Below, piece by piece: positions 17,618 through 32,955 of a stretch of 64,000 nt of DNA; position 1 is the stretch's first letter; each line of letters begins with the position of its first letter. Source of the DNA: Myxococcales bacterium. GTDB taxonomy: Bacteria > Myxococcota_A > Polyangia > Polyangiales > DASUME01. The position numbers and the translations under genes are program-made. The notes under the pieces were generated by a model. The model was not told where the DNA came from, searched no databases, and saw nothing but the letters and a program-made list of their open reading frames with translations. Location of the stretch: positions 416,001 to 480,000 of the forward strand of contig JASGJH010000001.1 in NCBI GenBank assembly GCA_047601445.1. Reading direction: 5' to 3'.

Positions 17618-19099
17618 GTGGTGCGCCGGCTGCAGGCCAATCAGGGTACGAGCGACACCGAGTTGGTGCTCGACAACAAGTTTCGCGTGCTCGAGGTGCG
17701 CAGCGAGAGCGCCGAGCTGCGAGTCTGCGCAGGGCTCCACCTCCAGACCGAGCGCCAGGTCGAGCTGCACATGTTGCCAGCGGGACTCGCGGCCAGCGGA
17801 CCCGAAGCCGAACGCCTGGTGAGAGCCGCGCGTGCTTCGGGACGCGCCCCCCACGTCAATATGCTCAACGTGCTCGATTCGGGCACCGACGCCGACGGCC
17901 GCCCGTTCGTGGTCTACGAGCGCTTCGAGGGCACGCCTGCCGACGAGCTGATCCGTCTCTCGGGGCCGTTTCGCTTGCGCGAGGTAGGGCACATCATGGG
18001 GCAGATCCTGCTCGCCCTGGAGACCCTGCATGCGCGCGGCGTGGTCCATCGCTTCCTGCGCCCCGATCGTCTGCTGATCGAGCGACGCGATGGCGCGGCG
18101 CCGCGGGTCAAGTTGAGTGGGCTGCACTACGCCATCTGGAACGCCAAAGCCGCTGGCAAGGAGCCGGCGACCGCGCCCGAGCTGCCGCGTGGTTTCTCGC
18201 GCTTCTTGGCCCCCGAGGTGCGGCGCGGCGAAGCCAGCACCACACCGGCCATCGACATCTACGCGGCGGGCGTGCTGATGCGCTTCCTACTTACGGGCGA
18301 CAGCGACCCGAACAGCGAGCTCGATGCGACCGCGGCGCGCGCGATCGAGCACGCCACGGCCGACGATCCCGACGAGCGCTTCTTGACGGCCGAGACGTTC
18401 GCCTCCGCCGTCGCGCAGCTGGTGCCCGAAGAAGAACGTCTCAGCATCCCGCCTGCCGATCCACTGGCGGCCGACCTCAAGTACATGCACCGTCGGCGCG
18501 CAAAGGAGAGCGGTGTCGTCGCCACGCCCAACGGCGAGGGCCGGTTGGAGCTGCACCCCGTGCTGCTGATGGTGGAGGCGCTCTACGCGCGCTTCGGTGC
18601 GCAGGGCTGGCCAGGCTTGGTGAACGAGGTCCCCGACGTCGAGCAGCTGCTGCCCGCCGCGGGTCGCCGCGATTACTACCTCGAACAAGGCGTGCCGATG
18701 GATTTGGTAGCCCGCTTCTTGAGCGCCGCCGACAGGCTGCAGGGCACGGGGGATCTGCGCTCTCTGGCGGACCTGGGACAAGCGCTGGTGAAGCGCGGTC
18801 TGGGACGTTTCTGCAAGGAGCTCCCGCACCCGCTCACGGCCGACGGGTTGATCGACTGCGTGCCGGCGATCTGGTCGAGCCTTTCGCGTCACGGCGAGGT
18901 GGCCGTGCTGGAGCGTAAGCCGCAGGCGGCGCGCATCGCCGTGCGCGCGCAGGTGGAACCGAGCCTCGAGCTGTGCGCCGTGATGGCAGGGCTCTTGCGG
19001 GCGCAGCTGCGGGCGGTCGCCCAAGAAGCCGAGGTAAATACGGTGGCTAGCCAGTCCCTAGGCGACGCAGCGGACGTCTTCGTGTTGAGCTGGAGCTGA
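17618..19099 (+). CDS. Ser/Thr kinase-fold pseudokinase with C-terminal V4R/H-NOX-like (DUF2378-like) domain
   Basis: Kinase scaffold is present (VLDSGTDADGRPFVVYE, FLAPE, IDIYAAG), but it has HRFLRPD in place of HRDLKPxN, SGL in place of DFG, and no VAxK lysine or Gly-rich loop. Confidence 0.8.
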   Translation: MVRRLQANQGTSDTELVLDNKFRVLEVRSESAELRVCAGLHLQTERQVELHMLPAGLAASGPEAERLVRAARASGRAPHVNMLNVLDSGTDADGRPFVVYERFEGTPADELIRLSGPFRLREVGHIMGQILLALETLHARGVVHRFLRPDRLLIERRDGAAPRVKLSGLHYAIWNAKAAGKEPATAPELPRGFSRFLAPEVRRGEASTTPAIDIYAAGVLMRFLLTGDSDPNSELDATAARAIEHATADDPDERFLTAETFASAVAQLVPEEERLSIPPADPLAADLKYMHRRRAKESGVVATPNGEGRLELHPVLLMVEALYARFGAQGWPGLVNEVPDVEQLLPAAGRRDYYLEQGVPMDLVARFLSAADRLQGTGDLRSLADLGQALVKRGLGRFCKELPHPLTADGLIDCVPAIWSSLSRHGEVAVLERKPQAARIAVRAQVEPSLELCAVMAGLLRAQLRAVAQEAEVNTVASQSLGDAADVFVLSWS

Positions 19100-19106
19100 G
19101 CGCATC

Positions 19107-20603
<1,497 letters not shown>

Positions 20604-20838
20604 ACGGGGGTGGGCCTAATTCCTGCCCACGCCAGCATCGCGCCTTTCGGCCGCAGCGCGGCTTTCGTCCTCCGCCCGACCTTCCAGTCGAGCCTGCGGG
20701 CGCGCTCGCGTTGCGACGGAAATCCGCGCGCTGACGCGCACCGGAACGAGGGCCACCCCCCGCCCTGGACCGCCCCCAAGTGGCGGTTTTCACAGGGCTC
20801 GGGTGCGAAAAGGCGACCCTGTCTCGCCCCCCGAAACC

Positions 20839-20867
20839 TTGCGCGCCCCTCACGGGGGCTGTACACA
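20839..20867 (+). promoter_or_regulatory. Putative sigma70-type promoter of the topoisomerase operon
   Basis: TTGCGC (20839-20844), 17 bp spacer, TACACA (20862-20867). Confidence 0.5.
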
Positions 20868-21047
20868 GGGGGCCGGTCCTGGCCTGAACGAGAGTGCAGG
20901 CGAAGCGCGTGATCTCGCGCGCTTAGGACGCTCGGGGGCACGCGCTCGGCGTGCCGGCGAAGGGGTTTCGCACGCGCGAGCGTGTGAACGAGAGAGATGG
21001 AAGCACGCGCCCTGCGTGCGAGCGAGAGTCGGGGAGAACCGTCGCAA

Positions 21048-23384
21048 ATGGACGCCATTCTGGAAACGTCGCTGGCCCAAGAAACGCAGCGCCGCTACCT
21101 CAACTATGCACTCAGCGTCATCACGGCCCGTGCTTTGCCCGACGTGCGAGACGGTCTCAAGCCCGTTCAGCGGCGCATCCTCTACGCGATGCAGAACGAG
21201 CTGCACCTGCGCTACGACGCAAAGTACATCAAGTGCGCCCGCATCGTCGGCGACGTGATGGGTAAGTTCCATCCGCATGGTGACGCGTCGATCTACGACG
21301 CCCTCGTGCGCAAGGCGCAGGACTTCACCATGTCCGCGCCGCTGGTGGACGGCCGTGGCAACTTCGGCTCACCCGACGGCGACTCCGCGGCGGCCATGCG
21401 TTACACCGAGGCCCGGCTCTCCAAGCTGGCCAGCGAGCTGCTCAACGAGCTCGCCAAGAAGACGGTCAGCTTCCGCCCCAACTACGACGGCACGCGCTTC
21501 GAGCCCATCGTACTCCCGGCGCGCTTCCCGAACCTGCTGGTCAACGGCTGTCAGGGCATCGCCGTCGGCATGGCTACCTCGATCCCGCCTCACAACTTCA
21601 AGGAGGTCGTCGACGCCACGGTAGCCTTGATCGACAACCCCGACGGTGGACTGACCGAGGTGCTCAAGCACGTGCGCGGTCCGGACTTCCCCACCGGAGG
21701 CCAACTGCTGTCGAGCAAGCGCGAGCTGCGCGAGGTCTACGAGAACGGCCAGGGGTCGCTCAAGCTTCGCGCCGAGTACAAGCTCGAGGAGCCCAAGAAA
21801 AAGGGCAATCCGTCGCTCGTCGTCACGTCCATCCCGTACGCCGTCGAGCGCCGCTCCATCGTCGAGAAGATCGCCGAGGTGATCATCTCCAAGAAGCTGC
21901 CCGCGCTCCTCGACGTGCGCGACGAGAGCACCGACGTGTGCCGCATCGTCTGCGAGATCAAGGCCGGGACCGATCCGCAGCTCGTGATGGCCTACCTCTA
22001 CAAACACACGCCGCTCGCCACCAACGTGCAGGTCAATCTCACCTGCCTCGTGCCTGTGGCGGGTAGCGATGTGGCGGCCCCGCAGCGCCTCGACCTGGTG
22101 AGCATCCTGAAGCACTTCCTCGACTTCCGCATGGAGGTCGTGAAGAAGCGCCTCGAGTTCGACCTCGAGCAACTCAAGCGCCGCATCCACATCCTCGAGG
22201 GCTTCGAGAAGATCTTCGACGTCCTCGACGAGACCATCGTCATCATCCGCAAGAGCGACGGCAAGGAAGACGCCGCGCAGAAGTTGATGAAGCGCTTCGG
22301 CCTCGACGCCGAGCAGGTGGACGCCATCCTCGAGCTCAAGCTGTACCGCCTGGCCAAGCTCGAGATCCTGCTGATTCAGAAGGAGCTGGCCGAAAAGCGC
22401 GCCGAGGCCGACCGCACCGAGAAGTTGCTGAAGAGCGAGAAGGCCCGCTGGAACCTGATTCGAGCCGAGCTGCTCGAGCTGGCGAATGAGTACGGCCAGC
22501 GCAGGCGTACGCGCGTGCTCGCCAGCGTGGACGAGCCCGAATTCCAGGCCGAGGACTTCATCATCGAGGAAGACGCCATGGCCGTGCTCACGATGCAGGG
22601 CTGGATCAAGCGTCAGCGCGAGGTGAAAGACCTCGCCTCCACGCGTCTGCGCGAGGGCGACCGCGTGATCGACGTGGTGGCGGGCTCCACCAAGTCTTCG
22701 GTGGCGTTCTTCTCCAACCAGGGCTCCTGCTACGTGTGTCGCATGGTCGATATCCAGCAGGCCACCGGCTACGGCAACCCGGTGCAGACCTTGTTCAAGC
22801 TGGCCGATGGCGAGAAGATGATCCGCATGATCGGCTTCGATCCGCGGCTGCTCGAGGTGCCCGAGGCCCAGGAGAATGCCGAGCCGGAACCGCCGTTCGC
22901 GCTGGCGGTCACGCGTCAGGGCCAGTGCCTGCGCTTCTCGCTGCGTGCCCATCGCGAGCCGTCCACGCGCACCGGACGCAAGTACGCGAGGTTGGGCGAG
23001 GGCGACGAGGTCATCCACCTGGACGTCGCCGGCAAGGGAGACTTCGTGGCGGCTGCCAGCGTCGAGGGCTACGCGCTCATCTGCAAGGCCGAAGAGGTCG
23101 CGATCCTGGCCGGTGCCGGCAAGGGTGTCATGCTGATGAAGCTGGACGAAGGCGACGAGCTGGTCGGTGCCAAGGTGCTGCACGCCAAGAGCGAGCAGTT
23201 GAACTTGGTGAACGAAAAGGGCACCGAGTACGACGTGACCCTGCGCAAGTACAACGCGGTCTCGCGCGGCGGCAAGGGCCACCAGCTCTTGAAGCGCGGC
23301 AAGCTCGCATCCAAGATCCCCGACGAACCGGTCATCCCGGAGCTTCCCGAAGCACCTCGCAACAGCCGTCCTCCCAAGGCGTAA
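21048..23384 (+). CDS. parC: Type IIA topoisomerase subunit A, probably topoisomerase IV
   Basis: [31 protein letters not shown] (catalytic Tyr) and GPDFPTGG. There is no GyrA-box at the first CTD blade and the CTD is shortened. GGGGAG RBS before ATG 21048. Confidence 0.85.
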   Translation: MDAILETSLAQETQRRYLNYALSVITARALPDVRDGLKPVQRRILYAMQNELHLRYDAKYIKCARIVGDVMGKFHPHGDASIYDALVRKAQDFTMSAPLVDGRGNFGSPDGDSAAAMRYTEARLSKLASELLNELAKKTVSFRPNYDGTRFEPIVLPARFPNLLVNGCQGIAVGMATSIPPHNFKEVVDATVALIDNPDGGLTEVLKHVRGPDFPTGGQLLSSKRELREVYENGQGSLKLRAEYKLEEPKKKGNPSLVVTSIPYAVERRSIVEKIAEVIISKKLPALLDVRDESTDVCRIVCEIKAGTDPQLVMAYLYKHTPLATNVQVNLTCLVPVAGSDVAAPQRLDLVSILKHFLDFRMEVVKKRLEFDLEQLKRRIHILEGFEKIFDVLDETIVIIRKSDGKEDAAQKLMKRFGLDAEQVDAILELKLYRLAKLEILLIQKELAEKRAEADRTEKLLKSEKARWNLIRAELLELANEYGQRRRTRVLASVDEPEFQAEDFIIEEDAMAVLTMQGWIKRQREVKDLASTRLREGDRVIDVVAGSTKSSVAFFSNQGSCYVCRMVDIQQATGYGNPVQTLFKLADGEKMIRMIGFDPRLLEVPEAQENAEPEPPFALAVTRQGQCLRFSLRAHREPSTRTGRKYARLGEGDEVIHLDVAGKGDFVAAASVEGYALICKAEEVAILAGAGKGVMLMKLDEGDELVGAKVLHAKSEQLNLVNEKGTEYDVTLRKYNAVSRGGKGHQLLKRGKLASKIPDEPVIPELPEAPRNSRPPKA

Positions 23385-23395
23385 AGGACTGAGCG

Positions 23396-25306
<1,911 letters not shown>

Positions 25307-25386
25307 AGGGTAAGCGCAGGCGTGGTCGGGTAATCGTCGGTAGGTTCACCCGAACTGGCAAGCAGGCCTGCAGGAACGCAGTGTTC

Positions 25387-25416
25387 TTGCGGGCTTAAAT
25401 TTGCCCTGTGTACAAT
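25387..25416 (+). promoter_or_regulatory. Putative sigma70-type promoter of the OmpA/lipoprotein operon
   Basis: TTGCGG, 18 bp spacer, TACAAT (25411-25416). Confidence 0.45.
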
Positions 25417-25424
25417 CGCTTACG

Positions 25425-26949
<1,525 letters not shown>

Positions 26950-26953
<4 letters not shown>

Positions 26954-28164
26954 GACCCATGACCTCCTCGTTCCTGCGTTCGTTGATTGTCGCCTTCGGG
27001 ATCGCTGGCTGTGGCAGTCCCCTCGTGGGGCTCGAATGCGCCAAAAACCTCGACCGCTGCGGTAGCGGTTGCTTCGACTTGCGCGCCGACGAGGCGCACT
27101 GCGGTGGTTGCGACGTCGCATGCGCGAGCGGCGAGCAGTGCGTGGACTCCATGTGCATGCCTGGTCTGCCGAACGACGGAGGCCCGGGGGACGCCGGCAA
27201 CGACGCGGGCCCGCAGGACGCCGGCAATGATGCCGGCCCCGTGACGCCGCCCGCTTGCATGGGACCGGGCTCGCCTGCCAACTGCGTGTGCGGACTGGGC
27301 CAGCTCAAGTGCGTCGACACCTGCAAGGACGTGGCGACCGACCCCGAGAACTGCGGCACCTGCGGGCACGCGTGCGATCCAGGGGACTTCTGTGTAGGCG
27401 GCATGTGCTTCGCCACCTGCGAGCAGCCCCTCGCTCAGTGCGGTCCGTACTGCATCGATCTGCAGAACGATCCCTTCAACTGCGGCGCGTGCGGCAACGT
27501 GTGTGAGTCCCGCATCTGCACCGAGGGCGAGTGCATCGGCGCGACCGCCGGCCATCTGGTCGCCATGGGGCACGACCTCACCAACAACACTCCGGCCACA
27601 CGTCGCCTGCTCGGCAATGCCGTGTTCATCCCGCTGGCCGATCCGGTCCGCGTGCTGGTGTTCGACGAGAAGTCGACCGACGCGGTGAAGATGGGCGTCG
27701 AGAGCGCGCTGACCACGATGGCCAACACGACCGGTCGCATGTACACGCCCACCACGACCACCTCGCTGGCCGTGACCTTCTTGCTCAGCATGTCGGACGT
27801 CTTCCTCATCGAAGCGCAGTCCGCGGCCACCAACGAGCAGCTGATCAAGAATGGCGAGACCTGGTCGGTGGCGCTCCAGCAGTTCCTGCAGCGGGGCGGC
27901 GTGATCGTGATGATGGACGGCCCCGGTGGGTCCAACGACGGCACCTACCAGATCCTCAAGGCGGCAGGACTGTTCGATGCGGCCGCGCGGGTCCCGGTGG
28001 GCCGCAAGCCGCTCTCGCTGGTGGCGCCCTCGGACGCCGTGGCAACGGCAGTGCCCACCATGTACCAGGGCGGCAACGAGACGGTCGGCTTCGACATCTC
28101 GGCCAGCACCGTGGTGGTGAAAGACGATCAGAACACGCCTGTGGTCATTCACATCGCGCGCTGA
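26950..28164 (+). CDS. Cys-rich repeat lipoprotein, myxobacterial type
   Basis: Lipobox IAGC; repeats DEAHCGGCDVAC, DPENCGTCGHAC and DPFNCGACGNVC; DAG-rich linker; alpha/beta C-terminal domain; 4-nt overlap with the OmpA gene. Confidence 0.85.
27190..27240 (+). repeat. Imperfect 27-bp-period tandem duplication encoding DAGNDAGP twice
   Basis: gacgccggcaacgacgcgggcccg, then cag, then gacgccggcaatgatgccggcccc. Confidence 0.7.
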
Positions 28165-28167
28165 GCG

Positions 28168-29025
28168 TCAGTCGCCGCGACGCAGCACTTCCACGGCCTC
28201 GGCGTGGTCCCCGTCGATGAAGAGGTCGACGTGGTGATGGAAGAGCCCATTGCGGTCCTCGAAGATGCGCGGCACCCGGGCTGCGTTGATGTAGAGGATT
28301 CCCTCGTTGCGCTCGTACCAGCGCCGGCGTCCGCCGCCGAGCAGGCGGTGGTGCATGTGACCCGCGACGACGGCCAATACCTTCTTGCCGATGGCGCGCG
28401 CATGCTCGATGGCCACCCGCAGGTCCTCGTCGCCGAAGTCGCCTTCTTCACGCCGAAAGTCCACGCCCCATAGGTCGGTCCGGCGCGGTCCGAGCCCGGT
28501 GGGCCCGTTGTGCGCCAGGAAGATCACGCGCTCGGCGGTGCTCTCGTTCACACACTGCTTGAGGCGCTCGATGCTGTCCTCCAGGCTGCGCACGCCGAAG
28601 GCCGTGGCCATGTGCGGGGCGAAGCTGATGCTGGAACCGCCCATGGCGTGGGGACGCCCAGCGATCACGTCCAGGCCGTGCTCGAGTTGGTGCACGCTGT
28701 AGCCGCCCACCTGGACGCCGCCCACGGCCTCCCGGAGCGCGTTCACGCGCTTCTCGTGTCCGAGCGAGGTGATGCGGATGAGGCTCGGCCGACGGGTGAT
28801 CTCCGCGGCGAGCTGGGCGGGGTGCACCGCGTCGTGGTTGCCCGGCACCAGCAAGGCCGGCTTGTCCAGCTGAGCCAGTTCGGCCGCGGCAAGCAGCCCG
28901 CGCTGAAGCGAGTAATTGTAGATGTCGCCCACGAACAACAGAGCGTCGTGGTCGGACGCATTGAAGTAGGCCGTGTCGACCTCATTCCACGCGTGATGCA
29001 CGTCGCCGATGATCGCCAGCTTCAT
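28168..29025 (-). CDS. Calcineurin-like metallophosphoesterase (TIGR04168-like)
   Basis: GDVH, GD, GNHD, AHNGPTGLG, GDFGDEDL and GHMH motifs. Confidence 0.88.
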   Translation of the reverse strand: MKLAIIGDVHHAWNEVDTAYFNASDHDALLFVGDIYNYSLQRGLLAAAELAQLDKPALLVPGNHDAVHPAQLAAEITRRPSLIRITSLGHEKRVNALREAVGGVQVGGYSVHQLEHGLDVIAGRPHAMGGSSISFAPHMATAFGVRSLEDSIERLKQCVNESTAERVIFLAHNGPTGLGPRRTDLWGVDFRREEGDFGDEDLRVAIEHARAIGKKVLAVVAGHMHHRLLGGGRRRWYERNEGILYINAARVPRIFEDRNGLFHHHVDLFIDGDHAEAVEVLRRGD

Positions 29026-29080
29026 GACCCCGGATCTCGGAACCTCGACGTAGCACGCTGCGCCCGTCGGACCAAGCTGC

Positions 29081-30055
29081 TCACAGGCGCTTGGAGATCA
29101 GGCTCTGCTTGCGAAGCTCGGAGAGGTAGGCGACCTCCTGCTTGGCCATCGATTGATCGAGCATCTCCCGATAAATCTCGTTCTTGACCTGCTGATAGCT
29201 ACCGATGGCCTGCTCGCCCTCGCGGCGTTCCCGCAACAGGAAGATGTGGTAGCCCGACGGTCCCCGGACCGGGGCGCTGATCTGGCCGGGCTCCAGGCTC
29301 ACCAGGGCCTGGGCCAACGACTCGGGTAGGTCAGATTGCCGTACCCAGCCCAAGTCTCCACCGCCCACGCTGGCCATGGTGCCGTCGAAGGTCTCGGGCG
29401 TGAGCCCTCCACGCACGCGCTCCGCGCGCGTACGGGCCTCGGCGAGCTGGGTCGCGGTGCTCTCCTCGACTGGGACGAACACGTGCGCCACGTGGAACTG
29501 CGCCGCCTTGCGGGCGTCGCGCAGCTGCTCCTCGTATTTCCGGCGCACGTCGTCCTCGGTGATGTTCACGCGCGTGCGGACCTTCTGGTTCACCACCTTG
29601 AGGCGCAGCAGCTGGCGCCGCACGTCGGCCTTGTACTGCTCCTCCACGAAGCCCTGTCCGCGCACGGCTTCCCAGAAATCGGGCTCGCTGAGGCCGCTCT
29701 GCTTCTGCACGTTCTCGATGGCGCGGTCGACGTCGGTGCTGGTCACGCTGACCGTCAGCTTGCGCGCCTCCTGCTCCAGCAGGCGCTCGTCGATCAGCTG
29801 GTTCAACAGCTCGCCGTAGAGCTGCGCCATGAGCGACATGCGCTGCATTTCCGGCGCCTGCATCAAGCGTGGCAAGAAGGGGGTGGCTCGGGTGCGCAGC
29901 TCACTCAAGAGCAGCGGATCACCGTTCACCACCGCCACCACGCGCTCGATGGTCTCGCCGAGCTGGGGCTTGGCCTCTTCCGCGCGCGCGCTCGGCAGCG
30001 AGGCGAGCGAGAGTAGGGCGGCAGCGCAGCAGGCGGCGAGGGAAGGGGTCTTCAC
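29081..30055 (-). CDS. surA: SurA-like periplasmic chaperone/peptidyl-prolyl isomerase
   Basis: Signal peptide, ERVVAVVNGDPLLLSEL, LNQLIDERLL, GGDLGW and ISAPVRGPSGYHI. Confidence 0.85.
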   Translation of the reverse strand: MKTPSLAACCAAALLSLASLPSARAEEAKPQLGETIERVVAVVNGDPLLLSELRTRATPFLPRLMQAPEMQRMSLMAQLYGELLNQLIDERLLEQEARKLTVSVTSTDVDRAIENVQKQSGLSEPDFWEAVRGQGFVEEQYKADVRRQLLRLKVVNQKVRTRVNITEDDVRRKYEEQLRDARKAAQFHVAHVFVPVEESTATQLAEARTRAERVRGGLTPETFDGTMASVGGGDLGWVRQSDLPESLAQALVSLEPGQISAPVRGPSGYHIFLLRERREGEQAIGSYQQVKNEIYREMLDQSMAKQEVAYLSELRKQSLISKRL

Positions 30056-31125
30056 GGGGCGGGGCTTTCCTTGGCGGCGGCAGGAGCCTGCTTCTTGGGC
30101 TTGGCGGGCGAAGTGGGCGCTACGGCTGGCACGGCCCCGAACTCGACCTTGAGCTGATCGAGCAGCGCCATGTTCTCCTCCACTTTGGCCTTATCGCGCA
30201 GGGATTTCACGAAGCTCTCCACCATGGCCTCGCGCTTTTCGCGCCACAGCTTGTGCTGAATCGGGCGGCGCGCCTGGTCGAGCGTGCGAGCGAGCTCCTT
30301 GCGGCGTCCGGTGAGCTTCAGGATGTGGTAGCCCTCGTTGCTCTTCACCAGCTGGGGGTAAATCTCGCCGACCTCGTTGAGCGTGAACGCGGCGGTAGCG
30401 ACGGAGTCGGGGACGGGTGGGTCTCCCTCCACGCGCTGCGCAGGCAACGAGAAGAACTGCAAATCTCCGAAGCGCTGCGCGGTGACCGGGTCTTCGCTCT
30501 GATTCGAGGCGAGCTCCCGGAACAGCTTGTTGTCGTCCTTGTTGTCGAGGACTTGCTTGAGGACCTTCTTGGCCTTGGCCTCGTCCTTGATGAGGATCTG
30601 GCTCGCGCGCACCTGGGCAGGCTTGTTGTACTCCTGCGGGTGGCCGTTGTAGTAGGCCTCGATCTCCTGATCGGTGATGTCGCTCAGCTTGACCTTGTCC
30701 TCGAACTCGGACTTCATCATCTGCTGGATCATCACCTGCTTCTTGGTGTTCACCACCTCGTCGGTGGCATCGAGTCCGCGCCGCGTGGCTTCGCGCGCCA
30801 ACAACTCGAACTTCACGAGCTCGTCGAGCAGCTCACGACGGCGCTCTGGGCTCGTGTAGCGCGCGCGCAGGTAGGGGCTCTTGTCGGCTAGCTGATCCGC
30901 AAAGTCGCCGACCGTGATGGTGGTGTCACCGATCACGACCAGCGGCTGCTTGGCTTGATCGGGCGTGAGACCGTGCTTGGTCGCCGGCGCTTTGTCCTGC
31001 ACCTTGTTGGCGTCGGACTTATTGCACGCCCCCGAGAGCAGCAGGCTCGACGCCAACACCGCGTTTCGAAGGACCCCGGACCAGCTGCCCGATAGGGCTC
31101 CCAGCTTCACCGATTTTCGCTGCAT
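30052..31125 (-). CDS. Parvulin-type PPIase lipoprotein (PrsA/PpiC-like)
   Basis: Lipobox SGAC, QVRASQILIK, FRELASNQSED, GDL and VKSNEGYHILK. Confidence 0.88.
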   Translation of the reverse strand: MQRKSVKLGALSGSWSGVLRNAVLASSLLLSGACNKSDANKVQDKAPATKHGLTPDQAKQPLVVIGDTTITVGDFADQLADKSPYLRARYTSPERRRELLDELVKFELLAREATRRGLDATDEVVNTKKQVMIQQMMKSEFEDKVKLSDITDQEIEAYYNGHPQEYNKPAQVRASQILIKDEAKAKKVLKQVLDNKDDNKLFRELASNQSEDPVTAQRFGDLQFFSLPAQRVEGDPPVPDSVATAAFTLNEVGEIYPQLVKSNEGYHILKLTGRRKELARTLDQARRPIQHKLWREKREAMVESFVKSLRDKAKVEENMALLDQLKVEFGAVPAVAPTSPAKPKKQAPAAAKESPAP

Positions 31126-31263
31126 ACGCGCGACTTTACCCCACTATAAGGCGAACCTAGGGTGGGTACCATAAGGGCCCCGCCCGAGCAAGCATGGCGC
31201 ACCCTTCGGACGGCCCATTTGACGGGCCTCCCGGGGGAGGTTTCTGTCACACTCGGGCCACCG

Positions 31264-32418
31264 ATGAACGTGGAAGGACCCGATCCCGGAATGCGCGAGA
31301 GCCAGCTCTTGCGGGCCCTGGCCGAGCAAACCGCGCCGCGGCCGGTGAGTTGGCTGATGGTCGTGGCCCTGGTGGTGGTCGGCTCGGCGGCGATCCTGCT
31401 CCTCGTGGGCAGCCTGGGACCCCTGCGCCACAAACCCCGCCTCACGCTGGAACCACCGGTGGACCCCCAGCTTCTGAAGGCTGCCGTGTCAGCCTACGAG
31501 CGCGCCGACTGGGACAGCGCCGAGCGCTATTTCCGCACCATCCACGAGCGCTATCCGGCCAATGCCCGAAGTCAGGACTACCTGGATCGCATCGAGCTCA
31601 CGCGCCGGGACGCGGAGCTGTTGGCGCGCGCCGAGGAGTCGCTGGTGGCGGGCCAGCCCGAGCGTGCACGCATCCTTTCGGAGCGCGTGTCCCCCAACAG
31701 CCGCCTGTTTGCGCAGGCCGAGGGGGTCACCCGCAGCGCGCTCGCCCACGGGTCGTCAGCCGAGCCACCGCGCCAAGACGGGGTGGCCGTCGACGTGAAG
31801 GCGGCGCTCGGCGAGGCCCTGTCGCGCTACGAGGACGGCAAGTTCCAGGAAGCAGTCTCGAGGGCGCAGGGGCTCGCTCAACGCGCCACGGGTGTCGCCC
31901 AGCTGGAGCTGCAGCGCTGGGCCTCGGATGCGCGCGAATTCGGCGGAATCCAGCCGGTCGTGAGCAGCCTCTCGGCGGGCACGGACGACGCAGCCGTGTT
32001 GGGGGCGCTCTCGGTGTTCCAGCGGGCTATCGAGCTCGATGAGCGATGCAGCGAAGGGCACTACGCGCGAGCGCTGCGCGCGCGGGCCGCCAAGGCGTTG
32101 CTGGCGCGGGCGGCGACGCTTGGGCAGGGGGGGCGCCTGGTCGACGCCTGCGCGGACCTGGTCAAGGCTCGGTTTTTCGCCGGGCGTGCGCTGACCTTCG
32201 CGGAGGGGGGCAACCCCGCCATGGAGCGCCGCTGCGAGAGCGAAGCTGCTCGACGCGTGAACCAGGCGCGCGCGCTCGAGCGCAGACGGGTGCCCAGCAA
32301 GGGTGGTGAACCCGCGCCGCGCGACCCCAGCGCCGTCGCTCTGTACGAGCAGGCGCGGGCGCTCTCGCTCCCGGGGTCACCCGCGCACCTCGCAGCCGAT
32401 CAGGCCTTGGCGCGCTAG
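31264..32418 (+). CDS. Membrane-anchored TPR-like helical protein
   Basis: One TM segment (WLMVVALVVVGSAAILLLVG), then TPR-like helices (AYERADWDSAERYF, RYEDGKFQEA). Start uncertain. Confidence 0.65.
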   Translation: MNVEGPDPGMRESQLLRALAEQTAPRPVSWLMVVALVVVGSAAILLLVGSLGPLRHKPRLTLEPPVDPQLLKAAVSAYERADWDSAERYFRTIHERYPANARSQDYLDRIELTRRDAELLARAEESLVAGQPERARILSERVSPNSRLFAQAEGVTRSALAHGSSAEPPRQDGVAVDVKAALGEALSRYEDGKFQEAVSRAQGLAQRATGVAQLELQRWASDAREFGGIQPVVSSLSAGTDDAAVLGALSVFQRAIELDERCSEGHYARALRARAAKALLARAATLGQGGRLVDACADLVKARFFAGRALTFAEGGNPAMERRCESEAARRVNQARALERRRVPSKGGEPAPRDPSAVALYEQARALSLPGSPAHLAADQALAR

Positions 32419-32487
32419 GGGATCTCCCGCCTTCCGGTGCGCGTCGGCGCGCGGATGTCCGTCGCAGGCAGTCAGGCCTTGGCCTGT

Positions 32488-32880
32488 TCAGCGGCTCTTC
32501 TGCAGCAGGGACTCGATGCGGGCATCGAGGTCTTCGAATTCGAACGGCTTGTCGATGAAGGCATCCGCGCCGTAGAGGGGCGAGGTCATCTCGTTGAGGC
32601 GCTCGCCGATACCCGTCAGCATGATCACGCGGGTGTGGGCAAGCGTCGCGTCGTCGCGGATGGAGCGGCAGACTTCCCAGCCGCTCATGCCGGGCATCAT
32701 GACGTCCAGAACCACCAGGTCAGGCTTCTTTTCCCGTGCGAGTTTGAGGGCTTCCTCACCGTCGGAGGCCTGGTGGATCTCGGAAGCGCGTCCCTTCAGG
32801 TGACCGACCACGAGCGCGAGAATGTCGACGTCGTCGTCGGCGACCAAGATCGAGAGCTTTTCCGGGGCCTTCTTCGCCAT
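32488..32880 (-). CDS. Single-domain response regulator (receiver)
   Basis: ILVADDD, VVLDVMMPGMSG, VIMLT and GADAFIDKPF. GGAGG RBS. Confidence 0.95.
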   Translation of the reverse strand: MAKKAPEKLSILVADDDVDILALVVGHLKGRASEIHQASDGEEALKLAREKKPDLVVLDVMMPGMSGWEVCRSIRDDATLAHTRVIMLTGIGERLNEMTSPLYGADAFIDKPFEFEDLDARIESLLQKSR

Positions 32881-32955
32881 CCACGTATCCTCCAGCGCGC
32901 CGCTTCAGCGCGCGCCCCGTTTGTAGCACAAGCGCCACCGCGGAAGACGGGGGCG

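Noticed and set aside
20876..20929. Hammerhead ribozyme-like look (CTGAACGA..GAA in a three-way junction)
   Set aside because: The core does not match CUGANGA/GAAA spacing and the motif lies inside a stem-loop. It is kept only as a generic structured leader.
25356..25372. Possible sigma54 -24/-12 promoter (TGGCAAGCAGGCCTGCA); a similar case lies near 42484
   Set aside because: The GG-to-GC spacing is 11 nt rather than the required 10.
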